Below are positions 38,236-47,390 of a stretch of 64,000 nt of DNA, one piece after another. The notes beneath the pieces were generated by a model, which saw nothing but the letters and a program-made list of their open reading frames with translations, was not told where the DNA came from and did no database searches. Both the position numbers and the translations under genes were made by a program. This DNA comes from an uncultured Alphaproteobacteria bacterium (lineage in GTDB: Bacteria > Pseudomonadota > Alphaproteobacteria > RF32 > CAG-239). Numbering within the stretch: the first letter of the stretch is position 1; each line of letters opens with the position of its first letter. The stretch is from positions 59,981-123,980 of the forward strand of contig CALXTU010000001.1 of assembly GCA_944391495.1 (NCBI GenBank), written 5' to 3'.

Positions 38236-39918
38236 ATGATTAACACAGATTTTAAAATTCCCGAAACCAACGAAAATTTTGAAGCCCTGTTGAACGAACA
38301 GCTCGGCGATAACGGTATTACCGGTTCGGTGGTTAAAGGTACCATTATCCGTCTTACCCCCGATTACGCCGTTGTTGACGTCGGCCTGAAATCCGAAGGC
38401 CGTATTCCGCTGCGTGAATTCGGACAAAATCCGGAGCTCAAAGAGGGCGATACGGTTGAAGTTTATGTCGACCGTTATGAAGACAAAGACGGCAACATTG
38501 TTTTGTCACGCGAAAAAGCCCGCCGCGAAGAGGCCTGGAAAGATTTGGAAAAATCGCTTAATGCCGGCGAACGCGTCAACGGCGTTATTTTCGGCCGCGT
38601 CAAGGGCGGCTTCACCGTTGATTTGAACGGTGCCATCGCCTTCCTGCCCGGCTCGCAGATTGATATTCGTCCGATCCGCGACATTACGCCGCTGATGGGC
38701 GTTGTTCAGCCGTTCCAGATTTTGAAAATGGACAAGGTTCGCGGCAATATCGTCGTTTCGCGCCGCGTCGTTCTGGAGGAAACCAGAGCCGAAGCCCGCG
38801 CCGAACTGATCCATGACCTTAAAGAAGGCGCCGTTTTGGAAGGTATTGTCAAAAACATTACCGATTACGGTGCATTTATTGATTTGGGCGGTGTTGACGG
38901 TCTGTTGCACGTTACCGATATTTCGTGGCGCCGCATCAATCATCCGGCAGAAGTTTTGTCCGTCGGTCAGACCGTTAAAGTTCAGGTTATCAAATTCAAC
39001 GAAGACACCCAGCGCATCAGCCTGGGCATGAAACAGCTTGAATCTGACCCCTGGGCCAATGTTGAGGGCAAATACAAAGTCGGCGAAATTTACAAAGGCA
39101 AAGTAACCAACATTACCGATTACGGTGCATTTGTAGAGCTTGAAGACGGTATTGAAGGTTTGGTTCACGTTTCTGAAATGAGCTGGACACGCAAAAACGT
39201 TCATCCGGGTAAAATCGTTTCAACATCTCAGGAAGTTGACGTTAAAGTTCTGGAAGTTGATGTTGATAAAAGACGTATCTCACTCGGCATTAAACAATGC
39301 ACGCCGAATCCGTGGGCTGCTTATATTGAAGAGCATCCGGTCGGATCCGTCATTGAAGGCAAGATTAAAAACATTACCGAATTCGGTTTGTTTGTCGGTC
39401 TTTCCGATGAAATCGACGGTATGATTCACCTGTCTGACATCTCTTGGAACAAATCCGGTGAAGAAGCTGTTAAAGATTACAGCAAAGGCCAGGAAATCCA
39501 GGCTAAGATTATTGATGTTGACGTTGAGAAAGAGCGTATTTCGCTCGGTATCAAACAGCTGACCGAAGACAGCGTTGCCGCCGCTTTGGACGGCCTGAAA
39601 AAAGGCGATGTCGTCAAAGCTAAAGTAACCGCCGTTGATGACAAAGGAATCAGCGTTGAGGTTAACGGTTTGTCTGCCTACATCAAAAAGGGCGATTTGT
39701 CCAAGGACAAAGCCCAGCAGCAGCCGGAAAACTTCAAAGAAGGTGACGAAGTTGAAGCCAAGATTACTTCGGTTGACAGAAAGAACTCAAAAATCGGTCT
39801 GTCAATCAAAGCTCTGGAAATCGACGAAGAGAAGAAAGCCCTGGAAGAATATGCTTCTTCTACCGGCAATTCGGCCCTTGGCGATGCCCTTGGCGAAGCT
39901 TTGAAGAAAAACGCTTAA
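38236..39918 (+). CDS. rpsA: 30S ribosomal protein S1
   Basis: Six S1 domains: repeated GxVxGxVxxITDYGAF(V/I)DLGGVDGL(L/V)H(V/I)S blocks. Confidence 0.95.
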   Translation: MINTDFKIPETNENFEALLNEQLGDNGITGSVVKGTIIRLTPDYAVVDVGLKSEGRIPLREFGQNPELKEGDTVEVYVDRYEDKDGNIVLSREKARREEAWKDLEKSLNAGERVNGVIFGRVKGGFTVDLNGAIAFLPGSQIDIRPIRDITPLMGVVQPFQILKMDKVRGNIVVSRRVVLEETRAEARAELIHDLKEGAVLEGIVKNITDYGAFIDLGGVDGLLHVTDISWRRINHPAEVLSVGQTVKVQVIKFNEDTQRISLGMKQLESDPWANVEGKYKVGEIYKGKVTNITDYGAFVELEDGIEGLVHVSEMSWTRKNVHPGKIVSTSQEVDVKVLEVDVDKRRISLGIKQCTPNPWAAYIEEHPVGSVIEGKIKNITEFGLFVGLSDEIDGMIHLSDISWNKSGEEAVKDYSKGQEIQAKIIDVDVEKERISLGIKQLTEDSVAAALDGLKKGDVVKAKVTAVDDKGISVEVNGLSAYIKKGDLSKDKAQQQPENFKEGDEVEAKITSVDRKNSKIGLSIKALEIDEEKKALEEYASSTGNSALGDALGEALKKNA

Positions 39919-39925
39919 AAATCCG

Positions 39926-39958
39926 GCGTTTTAATCCATAAAGGCGTTCCCGAACAGG
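39926..39958 (+). terminator. Intrinsic terminator after rpsA
   Basis: aaggcgttccc-gaaca-gggacgcctt followed by T7. Confidence 0.85.
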
Positions 39959-40028
39959 GACGCCTTTTTTTCGTGATTTTTGACAAAATTTATGTTATTC
40001 TGACAATAAGAAATCTTGCGGGAGAAAT

Positions 40029-40643
40029 TTGATGGCCGAAAAGAAAACCGATATCAACGAAAAACCTGATGACGAGACCTCTCTGGAAAAAGAGATTGAG
40101 CGGCTGGATAAAGATGATCCCGAATATGCCGCCAAAAGAGATAGACTGACCGAAAAGCTGACGCAGTTTCGCCAGGAGCTCAGCAAGACACATAAAAAAA
40201 TCAAGAAACAGCGAATCGAAAATCAGGCCGCCCTTAATTTATTACAGCGGCAGGCAGAGGCCGACCCGCAGAACAAAGATTTGCAACTGCTGCTGAAAAA
40301 AACACAGGAAGACAGAAATTTTTTAATTCTGGCATCGGCGGAGATTGTCAGCGTTAAGGGGAATCTGGAAACGGAGATGAAACGCCTGCAAGGCAGCAAA
40401 GATTTTAATGTACCGCTGGATATCAAAGCCGTAACCGGTGCCAGGGTGAAACCTCTGCCGAGCGAGCGGCAAAACCGCCGCCGTGAACAGACCCGGGAAG
40501 CGGTTAAAAGTGTGCAGAATAATGTTCAAAAACGACGGGAAAAAGACATTCCTCTGGGACGCAAAATTCAAATGCTGCGGCGGACAATGCCCGGACGCTC
40601 GGCCTCCGTCGTTTCCGGAGGCCGCAACCGGGAAAGAATTTAG
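40029..40643 (+). CDS. Hypothetical coiled-coil protein with basic Arg-rich C-terminus
   Basis: 204 aa, highly charged, heptad-like. No motif recognised. Confidence 0.35.
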   Translation: MMAEKKTDINEKPDDETSLEKEIERLDKDDPEYAAKRDRLTEKLTQFRQELSKTHKKIKKQRIENQAALNLLQRQAEADPQNKDLQLLLKKTQEDRNFLILASAEIVSVKGNLETEMKRLQGSKDFNVPLDIKAVTGARVKPLPSERQNRRREQTREAVKSVQNNVQKRREKDIPLGRKIQMLRRTMPGRSASVVSGGRNRERI

Positions 40644-40646
40644 TAT

Positions 40647-42137
40647 TTATTTTCTGGTATCTATTTCGTAACCATTGTTGCCATCAACAAACGAATTGGC
40701 AAAAGCAAAATCATGAGTGCTGACCGAGTGAATTCGGTATAAAGCCTCGCCCGGCTCAACTTTGTCACCCACCTTTTTGAGCAAATCAAGTCCGGCGCCG
40801 GGATATTGCGACGCTCCGGCCAAAACGCCGATTTTGTTTATCCGCTGGTTGTCAATGCTTTCAACCACGCCAGCCTTGGCCGACACGATATCGCGCGTTA
40901 AATGCCCGAGCTGCGCCTGAGGCGCTTTGCCTTGCGCGTAAATCATACGGTTGATGGCTTCAAGTGCGCGGCCGGAGGTTAAAATCTCTTTGGCGACATG
41001 ATATCCCTGTCCGCCCCGCAGCCGCGGATCAAACTCCAAAATACGGCCGGCCAGGAACAATGATTTTTCAAGCAAATCCTGCGGCGCATCTTCTTTGTTG
41101 CGCAAAACTTTCATCACGTCACGCGCTTCCAAAACCGCACCGACGCCGTTACCTATCGGCTCACTGCCGTCGGTAATAACCGCATCAATTTCCAACGATA
41201 GCATATCGCCGACATATTCCACCAGTTTGCGAATCCGCATTGCCTCGGAGGTTGATTTGATACGCGACGACGGTCCGACCGGAATATCCAAAACCAGGTG
41301 CGTGACCCCGGCCGCCAGTTTGATTGACAGAATCGACGCCACAATATGCTGTTGCTGCGTCAGGCCGAGAGCCCTTTCCACCGAAGACACTATCTTGCCG
41401 GCTTTGGCAATGGGCAGCGAATTATAGTCGACTATTGCTCCGCGGTTGTCTTTAATCAGCTGTTTTAATTTGGCCTCAGAAGCATCAACATTAGCCAGAA
41501 CGGCAAAAGTATCCGCCACGCCGGCGCAAGATGTCAATGAACGGGCGGCCGTTTTCGGCATCGGCAAGCCATATGCCGCGACAATCGCCGTGATGATAAT
41601 ATCGGTTTTGTTACCGGGAACACCGCCCAGGCAATGGTGGTCAACCACAATGTTCTCATTATCCCATTTAATGACCTCATCGCCGATCAACGCCTCGGTC
41701 AGCGACAAAACCTCGGTGGCAGTCATAAACGAACCGGAGGCAACCAAAAACGAGGCAATATCCATATTGGAATAACGTCGGGCAACAATATCTTTGATAA
41801 CGGCATTATATTCGCTTGACGATAAAATATTGCCGGCAATTTTACGCTGCAAAACCCCGGCCGAAGGCGGAAGCCCGGCCATGCTCAGAGTGACATTAGC
41901 ACCCTCGGGCAAATTCAGCCGGGAAAAAGCTTCGGTATTCAAACCCAGCTCATTCGGGGCAACGATTGACGCATCGTCAACGACCTCCAAAAAAGCAAAG
42001 ACCGGTGCCGCGCCGCCGTGAACCTCTATTTTGGTAATGTTTTTGATGTCGTCAACTTTGTAGGTATCGCAGTCTTTATGAAGATAGGCAACGTTTTCGT
42101 TAAAGGACGATATGGCAATATGTTTCAGCGACAGCAT
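40647..42137 (-). CDS. Thymidine phosphorylase family protein (long ~500-aa AMP/thymidine phosphorylase-like form)
   Basis: DHHCLGGVPGNKTD...TAARSLTSCAGVADT aligns with the DKHSTGGVGDK...SGRGLGHTGGTLDK core of glycosyltransferase family 3 phosphorylases. Not FolC: no GTNGKGS. Confidence 0.55.
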   Translation of the reverse strand: MLSLKHIAISSFNENVAYLHKDCDTYKVDDIKNITKIEVHGGAAPVFAFLEVVDDASIVAPNELGLNTEAFSRLNLPEGANVTLSMAGLPPSAGVLQRKIAGNILSSSEYNAVIKDIVARRYSNMDIASFLVASGSFMTATEVLSLTEALIGDEVIKWDNENIVVDHHCLGGVPGNKTDIIITAIVAAYGLPMPKTAARSLTSCAGVADTFAVLANVDASEAKLKQLIKDNRGAIVDYNSLPIAKAGKIVSSVERALGLTQQQHIVASILSIKLAAGVTHLVLDIPVGPSSRIKSTSEAMRIRKLVEYVGDMLSLEIDAVITDGSEPIGNGVGAVLEARDVMKVLRNKEDAPQDLLEKSLFLAGRILEFDPRLRGGQGYHVAKEILTSGRALEAINRMIYAQGKAPQAQLGHLTRDIVSAKAGVVESIDNQRINKIGVLAGASQYPGAGLDLLKKVGDKVEPGEALYRIHSVSTHDFAFANSFVDGNNGYEIDTRK

Positions 42138-42163
42138 CGGACACCTGCGATAAAAGTTCGGGG

Positions 42164-43012
42164 TTAATTCTTATTCAGCAAAAGTTTGAGCACCTTGATC
42201 AGTTTGTTGCGCATTTCCAGCCGGTTGACCACAATATCAACCATACCGTGGTCTCGCAGATATTCCGCTTTTTGGAAACCGTCCGGCAGGGTTTCGCGGA
42301 TAGTCTGTTCAATAACCCGGGCGCCGGCAAAGCCAATAATACTCCCCTGCTCGGCAATATGAACATCGCCCAGCATGGCAAAAGACGCCGAAACACCACC
42401 GGTCGTCGGGTCGGTCAAAACCGAAATATACGGCAGCCCTTTTTCTTTCAACAGATTGACGGCAGCCGTTGTGCGCGCCATTTGCATCAGGGATAAAATG
42501 CCTTCTTGCATACGCGCTCCGCCGGAGGCCGAAATGATAATCAGCGGTGCGTTGGTTTTCATTGCAAATTCAGCGGCTTTGACAATGCCCTCGCCGACAG
42601 CCGTTCCCATGGAACCGCCCATAAACGAAAAATCCAGCGCGGCAATCACCGTTTTGATACCGCCAAGTTCGCCGCTGGCCGCCAGAATCGCGTCATTATT
42701 CTTGGTTAAGCGGCGATAAGCGCGCAAACGATCGGTATATTTTTTGGAATCCTTAAAATTAAGCGGATCATCTTGAAGCTTAGGCAACGTAAGCAATTTA
42801 TAGCGTCCGTTATCAAACAGCATTTCAAGCCGCCGGGCAATCGGAAGCCGGAGATGATGTCCGCAAAAAGAACAGATATGCCAGTCTTTTTCCAGCTCTT
42901 TGTTAAAGAGCATCTGCCCGCATTCCGGACATTTGGTCCACAAATTATCCGCAATTTCTTTGGCGGTCGTTTTTTTTATTTTCGGGCGGACAAAGTCGGC
43001 AATCCAATTCAT
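42164..43012 (-). CDS. accD: Acetyl-CoA carboxylase carboxyltransferase subunit beta
   Basis: N-terminal CPECGQMLFNKELEKDWHICSFCGHHLRL zinc ribbon plus carboxyltransferase domain. Confidence 0.95.
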   Translation of the reverse strand: MNWIADFVRPKIKKTTAKEIADNLWTKCPECGQMLFNKELEKDWHICSFCGHHLRLPIARRLEMLFDNGRYKLLTLPKLQDDPLNFKDSKKYTDRLRAYRRLTKNNDAILAASGELGGIKTVIAALDFSFMGGSMGTAVGEGIVKAAEFAMKTNAPLIIISASGGARMQEGILSLMQMARTTAAVNLLKEKGLPYISVLTDPTTGGVSASFAMLGDVHIAEQGSIIGFAGARVIEQTIRETLPDGFQKAEYLRDHGMVDIVVNRLEMRNKLIKVLKLLLNKN

Positions 43013-43416
43013 TCGCCTTTCTCCCCGCCGGCAGAGGCTTTGCCGACAAAAGCACTTTTAAAACGCTCGCTCCAGGCGGGTTTTTCCTCTTCGGGCAAAG
43101 AAGCTTTCAAATTTTCGATGCTGCCATGCAGGTCTTCTACCTCTTTGGTCAGTTTTTCCTGCTCTTTGGCCAGCTTTTTGTTTTGCTTTTTATGCGCCCG
43201 CAGCGCCTGACGCACCTTGGCATATGACATCCAGGTAAACAGCCAGCCGATGATATAGCCGAAAAGCAAAAGAAAAATTATGGCAACGCTCAGCGAAACG
43301 GTAATTTCAATACCGGTCGGCCACAGATTAAACACCGCCATGTCATTATTGACAAAAGCAAATACCAAAATGACCAAAGCCAGGGGTATGCCTATCAGTG
43401 CTTTGATAAATCCCAT
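43009..43416 (-). CDS. LapA/YciS-like inner-membrane protein (DUF1049)
   Basis: Two TM helices followed by a basic coiled-coil tail. Overlaps the accD start. Confidence 0.5.
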   Translation of the reverse strand: MGFIKALIGIPLALVILVFAFVNNDMAVFNLWPTGIEITVSLSVAIIFLLLFGYIIGWLFTWMSYAKVRQALRAHKKQNKKLAKEQEKLTKEVEDLHGSIENLKASLPEEEKPAWSERFKSAFVGKASAGGEKGE

Positions 43417-43467
43417 AAATGCCGCTCCTTGTTACAAAATATTATATAAGAGCCGGCTTGCCGACCC

Positions 43468-43749
43468 TTATTTTTTATTCAACGATTCAAATAATTGTTT
43501 ACCGGTTTTGAAGTGCGGAATCTTGCGCTCTTCAACCTTAACCTGCTCGCCAGTGCGCGGGTTTTTAGCCAGCCGCGGACTGCGCGTGCGAACCGAAAAG
43601 GCCCCAAAGCCGCGGAACTCGACGCGGTCGCCTTTGGCCAGAGCCTCAACAATCGTGTCAAAAACCACGGCGACAATCCGCTCAACGTCTTTTTGCAGAA
43701 GATGCGGATTTTTGGCGGCAATTTTCTCAATTAATTCTGATCTAGTCAT
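43468..43749 (-). CDS. ihfB: Integration host factor subunit beta (HU/IHF family)
   Basis: [26 protein letters not shown]...[25 protein letters not shown], classical IHF-beta sequence. Confidence 0.9.
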   Translation of the reverse strand: MTRSELIEKIAAKNPHLLQKDVERIVAVVFDTIVEALAKGDRVEFRGFGAFSVRTRSPRLAKNPRTGEQVKVEERKIPHFKTGKQLFESLNKK

Positions 43750-43848
43750 TTCTTATCCTTCTTTAATAAATTAAAACATAAAAACTTATTTATCAATATA
43801 CCATATTTGCAAAAAGCCAAGAATTCTTTTTGCATTTATCCAAAAGAT

Positions 43849-44979
43849 TTACTCGTTTGCGGCTTGGTGAATCAGCGCCGGACGTTCCTCTTCGCCCAAC
43901 TCCACAGCCTCGATTTTTTGAATCCGGCGGGTAATTTTGCCCGATGAGGTTTTGATTTGCTCAATATCATCTCCGGCCTGCTTGAAGTGGCGGCTTAAGT
44001 TTTCCACCCGCTCGTCCAAACGGCTGATGTCATCTATCAAAACGCCGACTTCTTTTTGAATAACACCGGCCTGCTCGCGCATACGGGCATCTTTAAGAAT
44101 GGCGCGAACCGTATTCAGTGTCGCCATAAGCGTGGTCGGGGAAACAATCCAGACTTTGGCCTTGTATGAAGCCTCGACGGCGTCGATAAAATTGGCGTGC
44201 AGCTCGGCATAAATTGCCTCACTCGGCAAAAACATCAATGCAGATTCCGCCGTTTCTCCGGGGATAATATATTTTTCGGAAATATCTTTGACGTGTTTTA
44301 AGACAGAGGCCTTAAAAAAGCGTTCGGCCTCAAGTTTTTCACGGTCATTCTGCGCCCGGCGCAGTGCATAATAACTTTCCAGCGGGAACTTGGCGTCAAT
44401 AACGATGGCACCCGGCGGATTGGGCAGATTTAACAGACAGTCGGCCTTTTTACCGTTGCTCATCTGCGCCTGAAAGACATAGGCATTCGGCGGCAGAATC
44501 GACGAAACCAGATCATTAAGCTGAATCTCGCCGAAAGCACCGCGCGCCTGTTTGTTGGACAAAACCTCCTGCAAAGAAACGACCTGCTCCGACAAAGATG
44601 ATATTTTCTGCTGCGCCGCGTCAATCCGTGCCAGACGCTCCCGCAAAGCCGCCAGCGTTTCGTTCGTTTTGGCCGTGCTTTGCTGCAAACCGTCGCCGAC
44701 ACTTTTGGTTACGGCCAGAAGCTTTTCGTCCATCAGCTTAAGAACCGCCAGCTTTTGCTCGTTGAGAGCCGCAAAGAGTCTGCTCTGCTCCTGCATATTA
44801 GCCTCACCGAGCGAGGCCAGACGGCCGGCCAGTTCTCCCTGTGACTGGAGCAGAATCTCTTTGACATTATTCTTATCCCGGCGGAACAGCAGTAAAAACA
44901 AATGCCCCGCCGCCAGCAGCAACAGCACAAAGACAATCAGTCCGATGTTGTTTAAGATAAAATCATTCAGATTTTGCAA
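43849..44979 (-). CDS. rmuC: DNA recombination protein RmuC
   Basis: N-terminal TM, long coiled-coil, C-terminal RmuC nuclease-like domain. Overlaps accA by 17 nt. Confidence 0.7.
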   Translation of the reverse strand: MQNLNDFILNNIGLIVFVLLLLAAGHLFLLLFRRDKNNVKEILLQSQGELAGRLASLGEANMQEQSRLFAALNEQKLAVLKLMDEKLLAVTKSVGDGLQQSTAKTNETLAALRERLARIDAAQQKISSLSEQVVSLQEVLSNKQARGAFGEIQLNDLVSSILPPNAYVFQAQMSNGKKADCLLNLPNPPGAIVIDAKFPLESYYALRRAQNDREKLEAERFFKASVLKHVKDISEKYIIPGETAESALMFLPSEAIYAELHANFIDAVEASYKAKVWIVSPTTLMATLNTVRAILKDARMREQAGVIQKEVGVLIDDISRLDERVENLSRHFKQAGDDIEQIKTSSGKITRRIQKIEAVELGEEERPALIHQAANE

Positions 44980-45937
44980 GATGTCGCCCCATTTTCAAAA
45001 ATTTATCCGTGCGTTTTTTCTTCAGTTCATCACCGGTCTGAGTTTGCAATTCTTTCAGATGCCGGGCTATGACATCACCGACACGGCTGATTGTTTCGGC
45101 ATGATGCCGCTGGGCACCGCCGGCCGGTTCGGCAATAATCTCATCTATCACGCCCAGCCGACGCAAATCCTGAGCCGTCAGGCACAGAGCCTCCGTCGCT
45201 TCTTTGACCTTATCTGCCGAGCGCCACAAAATCGATGCACAACCTTCGGGCGAAATGACCGAATAAATTGCGTGTTCCAACATCAATACGCGATTGGCTG
45301 CGGCAACGGCTATTGCCCCGCCGGAGCCGCCCTCGCCGATAACGGTTGAGATGAAAGGAACTTTCAGATTCAGACAGCGTTCTATTCCGGAAGCTATTGC
45401 CTGCGCCTGACCACGTTCTTCAGCCTCAACCCCGGGAAAAGCTCCCGACGTGTCGACAAACGCCAAAACGGGCAGTTTAAATTTATCGGCAAGATCCATC
45501 AGGCGCTGCACTTTGCGGTATCCCTCCGGTTTGGCCATACCGAAATTGTATTTAACCCGGGTTTCAAGATCACTGCCTTTTTCCTGTCCGACAACAATGA
45601 CGGACTGACCACGAAAGCGCCCGATACCGCCGACCATAGCCGGATCATCGGCAAAAGCCCTGTCGCCGCACAACAATTCAAAATCTTCAATCAAGCCGTT
45701 TACATAATCCAGACAATGAGGTCTTGACGGATGCCTTGCCACCATGGTTTTCTGCCAGGGTGTCAGATGCGAATAAAGCTGACGGAACAGCCTTTCGAGT
45801 TTTTTCTGCAGGCGGGAAATCTCGGCATCAATATCCAAACCGTCGCTCAACTCAAGCTGCTTCAGCCGCTGAATTTTTTCTTCCACTTCGGCAATGTTTT
45901 TTTCAAAATCCAAAGCCGCAACAACAGTTTCTTCCAT
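44963..45937 (-). CDS. accA: Acetyl-CoA carboxylase carboxyltransferase subunit alpha
   Basis: Typical AccA sequence: N-terminal coiled-coil, FGMAKPEGYRK, VSVIIGEGGSGGA. Confidence 0.95.
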   Translation of the reverse strand: MEETVVAALDFEKNIAEVEEKIQRLKQLELSDGLDIDAEISRLQKKLERLFRQLYSHLTPWQKTMVARHPSRPHCLDYVNGLIEDFELLCGDRAFADDPAMVGGIGRFRGQSVIVVGQEKGSDLETRVKYNFGMAKPEGYRKVQRLMDLADKFKLPVLAFVDTSGAFPGVEAEERGQAQAIASGIERCLNLKVPFISTVIGEGGSGGAIAVAAANRVLMLEHAIYSVISPEGCASILWRSADKVKEATEALCLTAQDLRRLGVIDEIIAEPAGGAQRHHAETISRVGDVIARHLKELQTQTGDELKKKRTDKFLKMGRHLAKSE

Positions 45938-46121
45938 TGACGTTCTCTTTTAATTAAAAGCCAGACGACTTTTTCCTGTTTTTGTTTTATAGCATAGCTT
46001 TTTACAAATTGCCAAGCTATTTTTCTTTTTGTGTAAGACACGCTGTTTTTTGTTGGAAAAGCAAATATTTTCGGCTAGTATGTCTTTAGTGTTTTGGCAA
46101 AATGTTTTTCGGGAGCTCCAA

Positions 46122-47390
46122 ATGCTGACTTTGGTATTGTTTGGCATTATTTTTTCTTCAGCGGCATGGCTGATTTATGCATTTCGTCTTGTCGGCTCCG
46201 CCTTAAGCGGCATGGCTCTGGCCGATGCGGGTATTTTAAATGTTTTGCTCTATGTTTTGTTTATTTGTCTGCCGGTGTTTCTGTTGTGGGCGGTTTTCGG
46301 CTTTATCAGCCAGTATCTGTACGGACGAATGACGGCGCGACAGTTGTTCAAATTGTTTTCGCAAATGAAAAAAAATCAGGAATATTCCGATCTGCTGGCC
46401 CGGATTATGCTTGAAACCGAACAAAACATTAAAAATTCATTTATTTTGGGACGGTTTGATCTGCTGATTGCCGACATGAACGAACTTTTGAGCGAATTTT
46501 TGCAGCGCGAAAGACTGGCCTCGGCCGAACAGACGGAACATCTATGGACTAAGGTACAAAACGGCGGCAAATGGTCTTTCGGGAAGGTTTTGATTGAGAA
46601 TTACAACCGGCAGCCGGCGTTTCAGAGAAAAATTTTTGACGATGCCGGAAACGATCCGCTGCTGGCCGGAACCATTATGGAATTTTGCGCCCGTTACCAA
46701 ACATTGCTGAGCATCTTGGAAAAACACGACAAAGAACGCATCCTGCTCGGCATTATCGAAACCGGCGTATTCGGCAAAGTTTTTGCCATTTTGGCACCGG
46801 TTGCTGATGAAATACGCCGAACCAGAGAGGCCTTCCGTCCCGAAGCGCCAAAAGAACCGGCCACACCTAAAATCCGGGAGACTTTTCAGCCGGTGCCTGA
46901 AATTTCCAATGTTGTTCCGGCGGCGGAACCCTCTGCGCGTCATACCGGCCTGGGGGAAAAAGTCGGTCAGATATTCGGAAGGCTTAAAAGCGGAAAAAAA
47001 GAACCACAGCAAAGCGGCGAGCCGCTAAAAGATGCTTTTTCGCTGGCGCTTGAACGCAGTTTCGGCGAGATGACGCCGGCCAAAGAAGAACCGGTTTTTG
47101 ATGCCCCGGCGCCGGAAAGCACAAAAACGGAAGAAGATTTTATTTTGGCGGAAACAGAAGCCGAAACTCAATCCGGCAAAACTTTTGTTGCCGAAACACC
47201 GGCAGAAACGAGTTTGACAAATTCTGCGGCTGCCAAAGAAAAGCCCTTTGATTTCGGAACGCAAAAAACTCTTGATTCCCTGAAAAAGGAGTGGCGGGAG
47301 CTTGATAATATTACAACTCGTAATGCCCAAAACGAGGATTTAGCATATCCGTTCGGCGGTTGGACCGATGCCGAAAATTATCAGAAATAG
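46122..47390 (+). CDS. Hypothetical membrane protein with N-terminal TM helices and acidic C-terminal half
   Basis: GGGAG RBS before ATG 46122 (MLTLVLFG). Two or three TM segments then a hydrophilic, acidic, Ala/Glu/Thr-rich tail. ORF-track start 46029 lacks an RBS. Confidence 0.4.
   Translation: MLTLVLFGIIFSSAAWLIYAFRLVGSALSGMALADAGILNVLLYVLFICLPVFLLWAVFGFISQYLYGRMTARQLFKLFSQMKKNQEYSDLLARIMLETEQNIKNSFILGRFDLLIADMNELLSEFLQRERLASAEQTEHLWTKVQNGGKWSFGKVLIENYNRQPAFQRKIFDDAGNDPLLAGTIMEFCARYQTLLSILEKHDKERILLGIIETGVFGKVFAILAPVADEIRRTREAFRPEAPKEPATPKIRETFQPVPEISNVVPAAEPSARHTGLGEKVGQIFGRLKSGKKEPQQSGEPLKDAFSLALERSFGEMTPAKEEPVFDAPAPESTKTEEDFILAETEAETQSGKTFVAETPAETSLTNSAAAKEKPFDFGTQKTLDSLKKEWRELDNITTRNAQNEDLAYPFGGWTDAENYQK

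Noticed and set aside
40647-42137. folC (expected after accD by synteny)
   Set aside because: No Mur-ligase P-loop (GTNGKGS). The sequence matches the phosphorylase family 3 core instead.
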